Of a DNA stretch of 43,407 bases, positions 27,537 through 36,959 are shown in pieces. Position 1 is the first letter of the stretch. Each line of letters begins with the position of its first letter. This DNA comes from Candidatus Sericytochromatia bacterium (lineage in GTDB: Bacteria > Cyanobacteriota > Sericytochromatia > S15B-MN24 > VGJW01). The notes beneath the pieces are model-generated. The model did no database searches, was not told the DNA's origin, and saw only the letters and a program-made list of their open reading frames with translations. Location: the NCBI GenBank assembly GCA_035285865.1, contig JAYKHS010000025.1, positions 1 through 43,407 of the forward strand, given 5' to 3'. The position numbers and the translations under genes are program-made.

Positions 27537-29767
27537 TCTTCGGCTTGCTGCCGAGGCGTGGCCGTGCTCTGCCGGCCGGTTTGCTGCTGGCCTTGGTGAC
27601 GGCCTGCACCAGCGTCCCTGCGCCTTCCGGCGAGCTCCGGCAAGGGTTGACCGAGGTCCGGGCCGAGCCCGTGCCCGAGCTGCCTGCCGTCACGGTCGCC
27701 GAGGGACCGGCGGAGGGTGAGGGCGTGTTTCGCGTTTCGTGGCCACGACGTACGGCCACCATGCCCGCTCAGGTGGATCGCCTGGAACTGCATTTCCGGG
27801 ATGCTGCCGGGAAGACGCCGAGGCCGCCCGTGGTCCTGTTCCGAGGGCAGTCGGACCTGAGGCTGGTGGTGGTGCCATCCTCTCGAGACACGCTGTGTCG
27901 GGCTTTCGGCTTCCTGGGCACCGGGCTCATCGCCGCCAGCGACTGGCACCTGCTGGACTGGCGGCGCAACGCGCGCGTCCGGCAGGTGCTGGAACTTTAC
28001 AAGGCAACGGGTGAGGGTACGGACTCCGCCACGTTCCTGTTGCCCCGCATCGATCGGGTCCAGCCTGCCCGAGGCTATCCGGGCGAGACCGAGGTACGTC
28101 TGGATGGCGTACATTTTGGCATGCCCGGCGGCAGCGGCGGGCTCGAGGTCGTGCCGTCCGGTGGCGAGGCCACCGTGGCGCTGCCGGTGACGCCCCTCGA
28201 GTGGCTCGACGAGCTGCAGGGCACCTCCTCGCTGCGATTCCGGCTGCCTTACGAACTGCCGCGCGGTCGCCTGCGGCTGCGGGTATCCGCGCCCGGCATG
28301 GTGCCCGAACTGGCGGCGGCCTTTCCCGAGCCTGGCGCACCGGGCAATCCATGGGCCGGGGCCATCCACGTGCTGGGTCCCCAGAGGGCCAGCCTTCCTC
28401 CGGTGGGCACGGACATTCAGGATGCCCTGCTCGCGCCGGTCGAGGATGGCTGGATGCTGGCTTATGTCGATCGGGAGGCCAACGGCAGCGATACGCTGAA
28501 CGTGGCCCGGCTGACGCTGCTCTCGCCTGAGGAAGAGGGTGGTCTCGTGATGGATGGGCGCACCGCGCTGAACCTCGAGATGCCGGGGGCTCGACTGGAT
28601 CTGGCCGGCATGCACGTGGCGGGCGGCACGGCGACGATTCTGCTCCGCAGTACGAGCGGGGTCGGCGAACCCGGCGTGGCGCCCGCGACATCCCTGCGGC
28701 TCGTTCGGTGCGCCACCACGCCCGACCTGTCGTTCAGGGGCGAAAGTCTTATCGGTGCGGCGAAGTTGGCGTCGACCTCCATCGATCCGGTCCTGGTCGG
28801 GAGCCCCGAAGGCCAGTTCCTCGTCGCGTGGCTGGACACGCGCGATACAGCTGCAAGCCGGCCCAATCCCCGCATCTACGGGATGCCCTTTGGCAGTGCC
28901 GGTCAGCCTCTCGCCACCAAGCCGTTCCCCATCCAGGCTATCAACGGATCGGAGCAGGGAGCGAAGAATCTCCCCACCCTGTCGATGTCGGGTGTCTGGA
29001 TCGGTCCACATCTGCTGATTGGTTGGTCGCAGCGCGCGGACCTCAGGCCGTCAGTCATGGTCCAGCTCGTCGAACTGGATCGCAATGGTGCGCGGTTGCG
29101 TCCCTCCGCCTCGGTGCCAATCGAGTCCGTGACGTCCCTGCCGATAGGTCGCGAGGCTCTCTCGACCGAAGAAATCTACGGCACGGCCAGCGACATGCAG
29201 ATCGACAGCGTCCGGTTGTTGGCCTCGGCTGACGGTCGTGACGTGCTGGTACTTGCGGGTGTGCCCCTCGCGGGATCCAACAGCCGTGAACTGGCCTTTC
29301 GCGAGTTGAACCCCGACGGCTCCCCGAGGGATTTGCAGCGACGGCGACGTTTGCTCACGTCCGATGCGCCGGAGGGCGCTTCCTGTCTGGATGCCGATGT
29401 CAGGTTTCCTTGCGGTGCGGGGCGTCGTGAGGACCTGACCGGTACGTGGAACGGTCGGGAGTTCATGACGGCATGGACGTTCGTGCAGGGAGCCCTCAGG
29501 CAGGTTCGCGGGGCTCGGCTCGAAACGACAGGCCGTAGACCCCTCGAGGAGCCTGAGACGCGTTCCATCGAGGAGCGTCTCGATCCCATGACCAATGGCA
29601 CGCTGGCCGAACTCAACTGGGTGTCGCGGGCGGGGGATCCGCGTCGTGCCAGCCTTGATGCGGAGGATCGTCCCCTCGTGTCCGCGGTCGGGGCGGACAC
29701 GCTGCTGGTCTGGCGGCATCGCTTCCCGAGCGGTCGGCGGGCACTTTCTTTCCGGCTCTGGCGATAG
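27533..29767 (+). CDS. Large hypothetical lipoprotein (IPT/TIG-like segment and beta-propeller-like C-terminal region)
   Basis: Lipobox LVTAC; PRIDRVQPARGYPGETEVRLDGVHFG (IPT-like); repeated blades (FLVAWLD, LLIGWSQ, FMTAWTF, LLVWRH). ATGA overlap with the upstream lipoprotein. Confidence 0.72.
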   Translation: MIFGLLPRRGRALPAGLLLALVTACTSVPAPSGELRQGLTEVRAEPVPELPAVTVAEGPAEGEGVFRVSWPRRTATMPAQVDRLELHFRDAAGKTPRPPVVLFRGQSDLRLVVVPSSRDTLCRAFGFLGTGLIAASDWHLLDWRRNARVRQVLELYKATGEGTDSATFLLPRIDRVQPARGYPGETEVRLDGVHFGMPGGSGGLEVVPSGGEATVALPVTPLEWLDELQGTSSLRFRLPYELPRGRLRLRVSAPGMVPELAAAFPEPGAPGNPWAGAIHVLGPQRASLPPVGTDIQDALLAPVEDGWMLAYVDREANGSDTLNVARLTLLSPEEEGGLVMDGRTALNLEMPGARLDLAGMHVAGGTATILLRSTSGVGEPGVAPATSLRLVRCATTPDLSFRGESLIGAAKLASTSIDPVLVGSPEGQFLVAWLDTRDTAASRPNPRIYGMPFGSAGQPLATKPFPIQAINGSEQGAKNLPTLSMSGVWIGPHLLIGWSQRADLRPSVMVQLVELDRNGARLRPSASVPIESVTSLPIGREALSTEEIYGTASDMQIDSVRLLASADGRDVLVLAGVPLAGSNSRELAFRELNPDGSPRDLQRRRRLLTSDAPEGASCLDADVRFPCGAGRREDLTGTWNGREFMTAWTFVQGALRQVRGARLETTGRRPLEEPETRSIEERLDPMTNGTLAELNWVSRAGDPRRASLDAEDRPLVSAVGADTLLVWRHRFPSGRRALSFRLWR

Positions 29768-29776
29768 GGGATGTCC

Positions 29777-30724
29777 ATGGATGTCTCTCGTGCGACCGGC
29801 TTGCGGCCGCCTGCCCCACCCCCACCTGTTCCCGAACCCGAGGCCCTCGGCGTCCGCGCGCGTGGTCGTCGGGTCGTGTCCGATGCGGCTTCCTTGCGTC
29901 AGGCCTTCGTGGCAACGCAAGCGGCCCTGCGCGCGGGCGTCGCCGAGGGCCTGGATGCCGTCCGACTGACGCGCCTTGCCCACGAAACGGCCTGGCGCGA
30001 GGTGTCCGCCCGGTGCACCGACCTAGCGGCGCCAGACAAGGCCGATGCGGCCATGGCCGTCGCCAGCATGGCCATCCTGCGCCCGGTGGACGTGGCCAAG
30101 TTGGCCCAGGTGGATGGTGGCAGCACCCGGATGCTCCTCCAGATGGCCCGCCTGGGCAAGGTCGAAGATCCGCGGCGACCGCGGCTGGCCGAGGATGCGA
30201 CGCGTTCCGCCGGGACGCTGGATCCCATCTATGCGGACGGTTCACCCCATCAGGCCTACCACGTGGGCTTCTTCGTGGCGGCCGGCTATGTCTCGGCCGG
30301 TCATCCCGTGCATACGGCCAAGGCCCTGGGCGCTGCCTTCATGCATGAGACCCTGCTGGACGAGGGTGTTCGCCGGCATGTTCTTGCGGGCGGTCCGTCG
30401 GGTGCGTCTCGCGAGGACTGGCTCGCCTCGGCCTTCGGCCTGCTGGCCGGCCAGCGCTTGAAGACGCTGGGCGACTCGGGGCGCGGTGGGCAGATGGCCA
30501 CGGTCCTCGCCGGCGTGATGGCGCGTTCGCCAGCGCTGGTCCAGCGACGTCTGCCCGAGCCGGAACACGCCGAGGCGATGGCCGAGGTCCGCGCGCTGCG
30601 ACGTCAGCGCGATCGCCTGCTGCCGTTCGCCGACCATCCTGCCGTGCGCGGGCTCATCGGCCCGGACAGCACGGTCATGGCGCAGGTGGTCCGGGTCTTC
30701 GGGCTCAGTACCCGAAAGCCCTGA
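29777..30724 (+). CDS. Hypothetical protein (helical; H/E/D motif suggests a metal-binding hydrolase)
   Basis: Long ORF with GC3-biased codons and AGGGGA SD; motifs HQAYH, HE and SRED. Confidence 0.65.
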   Translation: MDVSRATGLRPPAPPPPVPEPEALGVRARGRRVVSDAASLRQAFVATQAALRAGVAEGLDAVRLTRLAHETAWREVSARCTDLAAPDKADAAMAVASMAILRPVDVAKLAQVDGGSTRMLLQMARLGKVEDPRRPRLAEDATRSAGTLDPIYADGSPHQAYHVGFFVAAGYVSAGHPVHTAKALGAAFMHETLLDEGVRRHVLAGGPSGASREDWLASAFGLLAGQRLKTLGDSGRGGQMATVLAGVMARSPALVQRRLPEPEHAEAMAEVRALRRQRDRLLPFADHPAVRGLIGPDSTVMAQVVRVFGLSTRKP

Positions 30725-31994
30725 TCAGTCCCTTGACGGGCCAGCCGGCCCACCTCGGCAGTGGCGGAGGCCAGACGGTCTTGCGGTCCCTGCGTTGCCA
30801 GGGTCCGGATACATAGGCGCGCAGAGGTCCGGAGGCTTGGGACCAGCGATGCCCGGACGCCTCGGCGGCCACCCGTGCCGCCTTGGCCCGGCGCAGGGAC
30901 ACGTCACCCGCCAGATCGGCCAGGGCCCGAGTCCAGGCTGACGCGTCGCCCTCGGGCAGAACCCAGCCCAGATCCGCTCTGGCGACCCGCTCGGCGAAAC
31001 CATCGCCTTCCGTGGTCAGGATGGGCAGACCGGCCCAGAGGAAGTCCAGCAGGCGGGTGCGGTACGAGAATCGGGTCTCGAGATTCAATCGATGCGCCGA
31101 CACGCCCGCGTCTGCCTCGAGCAGCCATCGACCTCTCTCGGCATAGGGTACCCAGTCCTCGACGAGCACGACCTGATTGCCGAGGGTGCCGAGCCTCGCG
31201 GCCTCGGTGCGCAACTCTTCGAGTCTTCGGTGGCGCGGACTGCCGGCCTGGGGTGGCTTGCCCGCGAGGAAGACCAGCTTGAGTTCCGGGTGGTCATCGG
31301 CCAGGGCAGCCGCGCCACGCAGTGGCGTCAAGGGGTCGAACCAGTCCCAGAGCCCCCCGTACCAGAGGGCCACGACATCCTGCTTGCCAACGCCAGGGAT
31401 GCGGCCACGCATGACTCTGTCGGTTCCCGGGTCGGGGGCGATTTCGGGAATGCCGAAGGGAACTTCCAAGAAGAGTCGGTCGAAACCCGAGTCGGTGTCA
31501 TGGTGCTCGGCCGAGAGCAACCCGAGGGCGCATGCGCGGCCGGTCCAGTAGTCCCGTTGGCGATCGCTGGCCACGAGGAAGGCGTCCGCCCGCGCCATTT
31601 GCCACGCCAGCCAGGCGCGCTGTTCCATCAGGCGCCATCGGCGCATCGTGCCGGACTCCGCGCTGGCAAGGACTTCGAGCAGCATCGGATCGTAGAGGTC
31701 CAGCACCAGGTGGCGGGCACGAGACACCAGGCCCGGGTGGTGGGCCGCCACGAAACCCCCTGTCACGACGACCTCGGCCTCGGCCGCGAGGGTCGTGAGG
31801 GTACGTCCGTGGCAGCCATGGACCAGGCGCAAGGATTCAGGGGCATCCGGCGGTCGCGTCCCCGAGTGGGTACTGGCCAGCACGACTTCGTGGCCGTCGC
31901 CGGCCAGCACGCGCGACAGCTCGAGGGCCCGGATGGCCGGACCGGTCATCCGTGGCCCGAGCAGGCCGTCCGTCGCGACGAGGACCCGTGTCAC
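30705..31994 (-). CDS. GT-B (family 4-like) glycosyltransferase
   Basis: GPAIRALE, DLYDP, WYGGLWDWFDPLT, ETRFSYRTRLLDFLWAGLP. GTGA overlap with the DUF2304 gene. Confidence 0.85.
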   Translation of the reverse strand: MTRVLVATDGLLGPRMTGPAIRALELSRVLAGDGHEVVLASTHSGTRPPDAPESLRLVHGCHGRTLTTLAAEAEVVVTGGFVAAHHPGLVSRARHLVLDLYDPMLLEVLASAESGTMRRWRLMEQRAWLAWQMARADAFLVASDRQRDYWTGRACALGLLSAEHHDTDSGFDRLFLEVPFGIPEIAPDPGTDRVMRGRIPGVGKQDVVALWYGGLWDWFDPLTPLRGAAALADDHPELKLVFLAGKPPQAGSPRHRRLEELRTEAARLGTLGNQVVLVEDWVPYAERGRWLLEADAGVSAHRLNLETRFSYRTRLLDFLWAGLPILTTEGDGFAERVARADLGWVLPEGDASAWTRALADLAGDVSLRRAKAARVAAEASGHRWSQASGPLRAYVSGPWQRRDRKTVWPPPLPRWAGWPVKGLIRAFGY

Positions 31995-32401
31995 GCCTGT
32001 TCCGACGGGACGCCGGCAGTTGCCGGGGGGGGCGTCACCGGACGCAGATGCTCCAATTCGAGCCGCAGGAGCGCCACCTCCTGGACGAGTGTGCGCTGGC
32101 GGTCCTCGAGCCGGGTCAGGACGATGGCATGGTGGAGCATCATGGCATAGGCACCGCTGGCCATGATGAGCAGCAGCGCGGCCGGCGGATACGCGATGCC
32201 CACCGCGAAGGCCAGCTTCTCCAGGAGTGGTCGCCACGTGGCGAGGACCAGAAAGACCAGCGCGATGCCGAGGGCCAGCAGGGCGACTTCCTCACGCAGG
32301 CGTCGGCGGACGAGCAAGCGGCCGACGAGTGCCAGAGCGGCAAGGCTGCCCACGATGGCAAGGATCTGGATGCGTCCCGTGTCGACGCCTGCGGCACCCA
32401 T
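31991..32401 (-). CDS. DUF2304 family small membrane protein
   Basis: Three TM segments, VRRRLREEVAL, LAFAVGIAYPP and C-terminal LVQEVALL; typical partner of DPM1-like GT2. Confidence 0.82.
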   Translation of the reverse strand: MGAAGVDTGRIQILAIVGSLAALALVGRLLVRRRLREEVALLALGIALVFLVLATWRPLLEKLAFAVGIAYPPAALLLIMASGAYAMMLHHAIVLTRLEDRQRTLVQEVALLRLELEHLRPVTPPPATAGVPSEQA

Positions 32402-33150
32402 CAGCGAATGCTCCTCGGCCGGAAGGCGTGCAGGGCGATGGCCAGCAGCACCTTGGTCATGTAGTAGGCCGATCGCCAGCCGTGGATCGACGACTGCCCG
32501 GCATGTCGCTCGGTCATGACCACTCCGGTCTCATGCAGTCGGAAGCCTGCGCGGGCGAGCATGACCACGGCTTCCGGCTCCGGGTAGTCTGGCGGGTAGT
32601 GCTGGGCCAGGAAGGCCAGCGCACGGCTGTTGTAGGCCCGGAAGCCCGAGGTGCTGTCCGCGATGTCCACGCCCCCCACCAGCCTGTTGGCGAGGCGCAG
32701 CATGCCGATGCCCATGCGGCGCAGCGGCGTGGATCGGAAGGAGGCCACGTCCCGAAAGCGGGAGCCCACCACGACATCGGCTCCGGTCGCGGCCATGGCA
32801 TCCAGCAGGCGGCGGATCTGGTCGGCAGGATGCTGCCCGTCCCCGTCCACCTGAATGACGACTTCGGCACCGATCGCCAGCCCGCGCCGGAAGCCCGTCT
32901 GCACGGCTCCGCCGATGCCCAGGTTGACCGGCAGGTCGATCACGGTCGCCCGGCCCGTCGCCCGGGCGACCCGGCTGGTGGCATCCGGCGAACCGTCATT
33001 GATGACGAGGACGTCGGCCTTGGGAAAGGCGGACGTCAGGCTGTCGATGACGGCCGCGATGCTGGCTTCCTCACGGTAGGCCGGCACGACGAACGCCACC
33101 CCGGCACCCTCGGGCCAGGCGCCGGGCAAAGCTGCGGGTGAGGTTTCCAT
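32401..33150 (-). CDS. GT2 glycosyltransferase (DPM1-like, polyprenol-phosphate glycosyltransferase type)
   Basis: VPAYREE, INDGSPD, NLGIGGAVQTG, DGDGQH, VGSRF, DSTSGFRA, DYPEPE. Start is 33150 or 33162. Confidence 0.9.
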   Translation of the reverse strand: METSPAALPGAWPEGAGVAFVVPAYREEASIAAVIDSLTSAFPKADVLVINDGSPDATSRVARATGRATVIDLPVNLGIGGAVQTGFRRGLAIGAEVVIQVDGDGQHPADQIRRLLDAMAATGADVVVGSRFRDVASFRSTPLRRMGIGMLRLANRLVGGVDIADSTSGFRAYNSRALAFLAQHYPPDYPEPEAVVMLARAGFRLHETGVVMTERHAGQSSIHGWRSAYYMTKVLLAIALHAFRPRSIR

Positions 33151-33163
33151 CGTCGCCCCCATG

Positions 33164-34069
33164 CTAGGACATGCGGGCACGGGTCGGGGCCAGGCTCTCG
33201 CGCAGCAGGACCGCGCCGCCCGCGAGGCCGGTCAGGATTAGCAGGCCGAGGCTGAGCACGCCAAGACCCAGGGCAACAGGTTCGGGCACGCCGACGGGCG
33301 CCAGCCAGAAGATCAGCAGCCCTTCCCGAACGCCCAGCCCGTTGATGGATACTGGCAAGCTGGCCAGCAGGCTCATGGCCGGGATGACGGCCAACATCCA
33401 TGTCAAGGGCACGCCGGGCCACAGCGACTCCAGCAACCACGCGTGGACGAGCGCGTTCGCGACCTGGATGACCACGGAGAGCAGCCAGAGGAGGAAGGTG
33501 CCCCCAATCCGCTCCGCCGTTGGCGGCGTTGTCCCCGCGCGCCACGCCCGGAGCCAGGGCCAGGCGAAGGGCAGGCTGCCGATCACGAGCAAGGCAAGCA
33601 GCTGGGGCTGGGTGATGTGTGCCTGCATGGCAGGCGTGGTCAGGATACCTGCGGCCGCCGCCACGATCAGGGCGTGCAGGGCGAGGAAGCGGTCGGCGAC
33701 CACGCCTTGCGCCGCACGAAGCAGGCCCTGCGCCTCCGTTCGCCTTCTCAGGGCTCTGGCAATGTCCCCGCCGAAGCCGCTAGGCAAGAAGAGGTTCACC
33801 GCCATGCCGACGAGGTGGCTGCGCGTCAGGTCCCGCAGCTGAACGGCATGGTCCCCGGACAGGCGTTCGACGCCCCACCAGCGGACGATGCTGGCCAGCT
33901 GGATCAAGACCCACCCCAGCAGGGCTGCCGCGAGCGGGGCCGGGCGGGCGCTACCCAGCGCGTGCACCGTCTCGGCGAGATTGACCCTCCGCAGGACCAG
34001 AATCACCACGGCGACCGTGGCGAGCCATGGCAGCGCGCGGGCCAGTCCTCTCGCCAGCGGATGTCCCAC
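33164..34069 (-). CDS. Lysylphosphatidylglycerol-synthase TM / flippase-like domain protein (UPF0104/AglD2 type)
   Basis: RWW, NLFLPSGFGGDIAR, DRF and LPVSINGLGVREG motifs; multiple TM helices. Confidence 0.87.
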   Translation of the reverse strand: MGHPLARGLARALPWLATVAVVILVLRRVNLAETVHALGSARPAPLAAALLGWVLIQLASIVRWWGVERLSGDHAVQLRDLTRSHLVGMAVNLFLPSGFGGDIARALRRRTEAQGLLRAAQGVVADRFLALHALIVAAAAGILTTPAMQAHITQPQLLALLVIGSLPFAWPWLRAWRAGTTPPTAERIGGTFLLWLLSVVIQVANALVHAWLLESLWPGVPLTWMLAVIPAMSLLASLPVSINGLGVREGLLIFWLAPVGVPEPVALGLGVLSLGLLILTGLAGGAVLLRESLAPTRARMS

Positions 34070-34072
34070 CGC

Positions 34073-35113
34073 TCAGTCCTTCAGGGCCAGTTCGCGGGCC
34101 GAGAGCCCGAACGTGCGGATGGCCTGCCGGATCGCCGCCGGGGGAACCCGGCGAAGGGACCGAAGCTGTCGCCGCTCCCAGAGCAACCGCGGCAGGGCCT
34201 TGAGGGTGTCCCCGTAAGCCCGCAACAGGATGCCCGCCAGTTCGAGGGCCCCGCCGCCTTCCTGACGGAACTTCCCGGCCGATCCCTTCCCCGTCAGCAC
34301 GCCCCAGGCCTGCAGCCCGTAGCGCAACAGGCTGTGCCATGGGCTGGCCAGAACCATGCCGAGGGGCAGCAGCCGCAAGCGCACCCAGAGGTGGTTGCGC
34401 TCGACAAGATAGGCCTTGAAGGCCGAGTAACGCCCCGCTGCTGCCGAGTAACGGTGTCGGACGATGGCCTCGGGCACGAGCATGCAACGGTGGCCCATCC
34501 ACCGGAAGCGCAGGCCCAGATCGAAGTCCTCGCAGTACGCAAAGAAGACCTCAGGCAGGCCTCCGGACTCCTCGTAGACATCCCGTCGGTACAGGCCGGC
34601 GCAGCCGCTTGGAGCGAAGACCTCCCGTGCCTCACGGTGCGCGGCAATGGGTTCGAGGCGGGCCAGCCCCCGGCTCATGCCGTCGCGATAGGGCGCGATG
34701 CCCAGGGTGTCGATGGTTCCGGGATCCTCGTGGCTGACGATGCAGGTCGAGAACATCGCCACGTCGGGTTGGGCAAGGATGGCGGCCTCGAGGGCGCCCA
34801 GCGCACCCGGATCCAGTTCGGCATCGTTGTTCAGCAGCAGCAGCCAGGTTCCGGTGGCCTCGCGGATGCCGAGGGCGTTGCCCGCGGAGTAGCCGCCGTT
34901 GATCGGGCTCGCGACGAACCGGAAGCCGTGGCGTTGGCACAACTCGGCCGCGAGGGCTCCCGAGCCGTCCGGCGAGGCGTTATCGACGACGATGACTTCG
35001 TGGGCGGGCCTGGTCTGGGCAGCCACGGATGCGAGGCAGGCTTCGAGGACGTCGCGGCCCTGGTAGTTCAGGATCACGATCGAGATGGCGCAGGGTGTTG
35101 CCGGGTCAGGCAC
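34073..35113 (-). CDS. GT2 glycosyltransferase (rhamnosyltransferase-like)
   Basis: SIVILNY, VVDNASPDGS, NGGYSAGN, LLNND, FFAYCEDFDLGLR. GTG start with AAGGAG SD. Confidence 0.9.
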   Translation of the reverse strand: MPDPATPCAISIVILNYQGRDVLEACLASVAAQTRPAHEVIVVDNASPDGSGALAAELCQRHGFRFVASPINGGYSAGNALGIREATGTWLLLLNNDAELDPGALGALEAAILAQPDVAMFSTCIVSHEDPGTIDTLGIAPYRDGMSRGLARLEPIAAHREAREVFAPSGCAGLYRRDVYEESGGLPEVFFAYCEDFDLGLRFRWMGHRCMLVPEAIVRHRYSAAAGRYSAFKAYLVERNHLWVRLRLLPLGMVLASPWHSLLRYGLQAWGVLTGKGSAGKFRQEGGGALELAGILLRAYGDTLKALPRLLWERRQLRSLRRVPPAAIRQAIRTFGLSARELALKD

Positions 35114-35417
35114 AGGGTTCTCCTTCCCCCGCCCGGTCCGGCTGGCGGGTTCCTGCCAGCAGGCAACCGCAGGCAATTCCGATCGACGCCACGACGAACG
35201 CTGCGACCAGAATCGCGTTGTTGGGTGGCTTCAGGAGGTCCGGCTTGAACTGGCCCATGCGTCGGGTCAGGTAATCCCACCAGGCCAGGTCCGCTGCTCC
35301 GTGCAGGGCCGCTGCGACGAGTTGCCAGCCCTGCAGGAGTGTCAATCCGGTCATGAGGGCCACGGGTATCGCCCATGGGACCAGGCCTGCCCGGGCTCGG
35401 CCATTCGGCTCAGGCAT
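35106..35417 (-). CDS. Small hypothetical membrane protein
   Basis: Two hydrophobic segments. Fills the gap between the flanking genes and overlaps both ends. Confidence 0.6.
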   Translation of the reverse strand: MPEPNGRARAGLVPWAIPVALMTGLTLLQGWQLVAAALHGAADLAWWDYLTRRMGQFKPDLLKPPNNAILVAAFVVASIGIACGCLLAGTRQPDRAGEGEPCA

Positions 35418-36843
35418 AGTACCGCTCCAGCACGCGAAGCAGGGCCAGGGCCTGGAATGACACGAATCCAGCTGCCATAATTCCAGCCACGAGCACGCGG
35501 CGTTCCTGCCTTGCCAGCATCAGGCAGCCCGTGAAGAACATCAGCATGTGCGGCAGCAGCACGGGCAGCAGATAGCGACCCTGCAGCATCGGGATCCCCG
35601 TGCCCCGCACGACCTGATATTCGGCGGCGTAAAGGGCGACGAGGAATCCTGCCGTGAGCAGAATACAACCCGCGAGGACGCTCCGGAGCCTGCCGGGGCA
35701 TTGACTTGCCGCTCTCCAGGCTCCGAAGGCACCGACCCACGCGAATGCTTCGACGATGCGGTAGGCCAGGTCTGAGGTTCTCGTGTCCAGCCAGCCGAAG
35801 GTTGCCCAGTATTGCTCCACCCAGACCGTGTGGGTGCGGGACAGGCCGGGTTGCAGGACGTGTTCCGTCAGATAGCGCGGCAGGGTCGTCATGGGCACCG
35901 GCGACAGCCCGCCCAGAGCCGGAAGAAACGTGCCGTAGGTCTGCTGGAGGTGCCACAGCCACGGGCCTGCGAGCAGGGCTGTCCCGATGGCCACGCCCGC
36001 CATGGCCCGGACCCAGCCCAGCCACGGCCGGCTCTGCTGCCACGTGAACATGGCCGTGATCATCGGGATGAAGGGGGCAAGCACCATGCCTTGGGGTTTG
36101 GTGAGCCAGGCCACGCCAAGGCACAGGCCCATGGCCACCCCCGACAGGACTCCGGGCGCGACGCGCCATGTGCGCAGGAGCAGCCATGCCAATGCGCTGC
36201 CCGACATCACCAGCATGGCATCGTTGTTGACTGAGACGCCCATCATCGCGAGCATCGGCTGGCAACCGACCACGAGCGCGAAGGCCGCGCGGATGCGGGG
36301 CCCGGGCCACAGTTCACCAGCCAGCAGCCACGCCAGGACGACCGTGCCGAGCACGAAGGCAATCGACAGCGAACGGACGGCAAAGACCCGCGTCAGGATG
36401 TCCGAGTCGCCGAACAGGCGATAGACGCCTGCGGCCAGGCCGTAGTAGGCGGGGGGGTATGGCGCGGCCGTGGAGTTGCCGTCGTTCAGGCGCTCCAGCG
36501 GGGGCGGCTGCCTGAGGCGTGCCTCGCCCGGCGCGACGGATGCGGTGCCCGTGACGGGACGATGGTCGGTATGGAAGGCCGCGTGGTTGAGGAGCGCATG
36601 GGTTTCGGTGTAGGCCACCTCGGGCGACGAGACGTTCGTCGGGCGGCTGCGATCGAAGCGAGGCAGGCGCCCGGTCTCGGCCAGATACTGGACGTAGTGG
36701 AAGTGCGCCGGTTCATCGGGTGATTGCCAGAGCGGCAGTGCCGCCAGCCATGTCAGCTGCTTGAGCAGGACGAAGGCCAGCACGACGACCAGCCAGCCCG
36801 TGCCGAGGCGGGCTGGCGACTGCGTGGGGGGGGATGTGTGCAT
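35410..36843 (-). CDS. GT-C fold membrane glycosyltransferase (DUF2142 / PMT-ArnT-like)
   Basis: WQSPDEPAHFHY (acidic DE loop), YPPAYY, VNNDA, LTK, QGRYLLP; about 11 TM segments. Start placed at ATG 36843. Confidence 0.83.
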   Translation of the reverse strand: MHTSPPTQSPARLGTGWLVVVLAFVLLKQLTWLAALPLWQSPDEPAHFHYVQYLAETGRLPRFDRSRPTNVSSPEVAYTETHALLNHAAFHTDHRPVTGTASVAPGEARLRQPPPLERLNDGNSTAAPYPPAYYGLAAGVYRLFGDSDILTRVFAVRSLSIAFVLGTVVLAWLLAGELWPGPRIRAAFALVVGCQPMLAMMGVSVNNDAMLVMSGSALAWLLLRTWRVAPGVLSGVAMGLCLGVAWLTKPQGMVLAPFIPMITAMFTWQQSRPWLGWVRAMAGVAIGTALLAGPWLWHLQQTYGTFLPALGGLSPVPMTTLPRYLTEHVLQPGLSRTHTVWVEQYWATFGWLDTRTSDLAYRIVEAFAWVGAFGAWRAASQCPGRLRSVLAGCILLTAGFLVALYAAEYQVVRGTGIPMLQGRYLLPVLLPHMLMFFTGCLMLARQERRVLVAGIMAAGFVSFQALALLRVLERYYA

Positions 36844-36959
36844 GCGTCCGCCAACGTACCACGCGCATGCGGGCAGCCGCGCCCCGAGCGGGTTTGCCCC
36901 GGTCAAGCCGTGACTGGTATTCTTGTTGTCGGCTTTTCGGTTTTCCTGATTCTTTCTGG

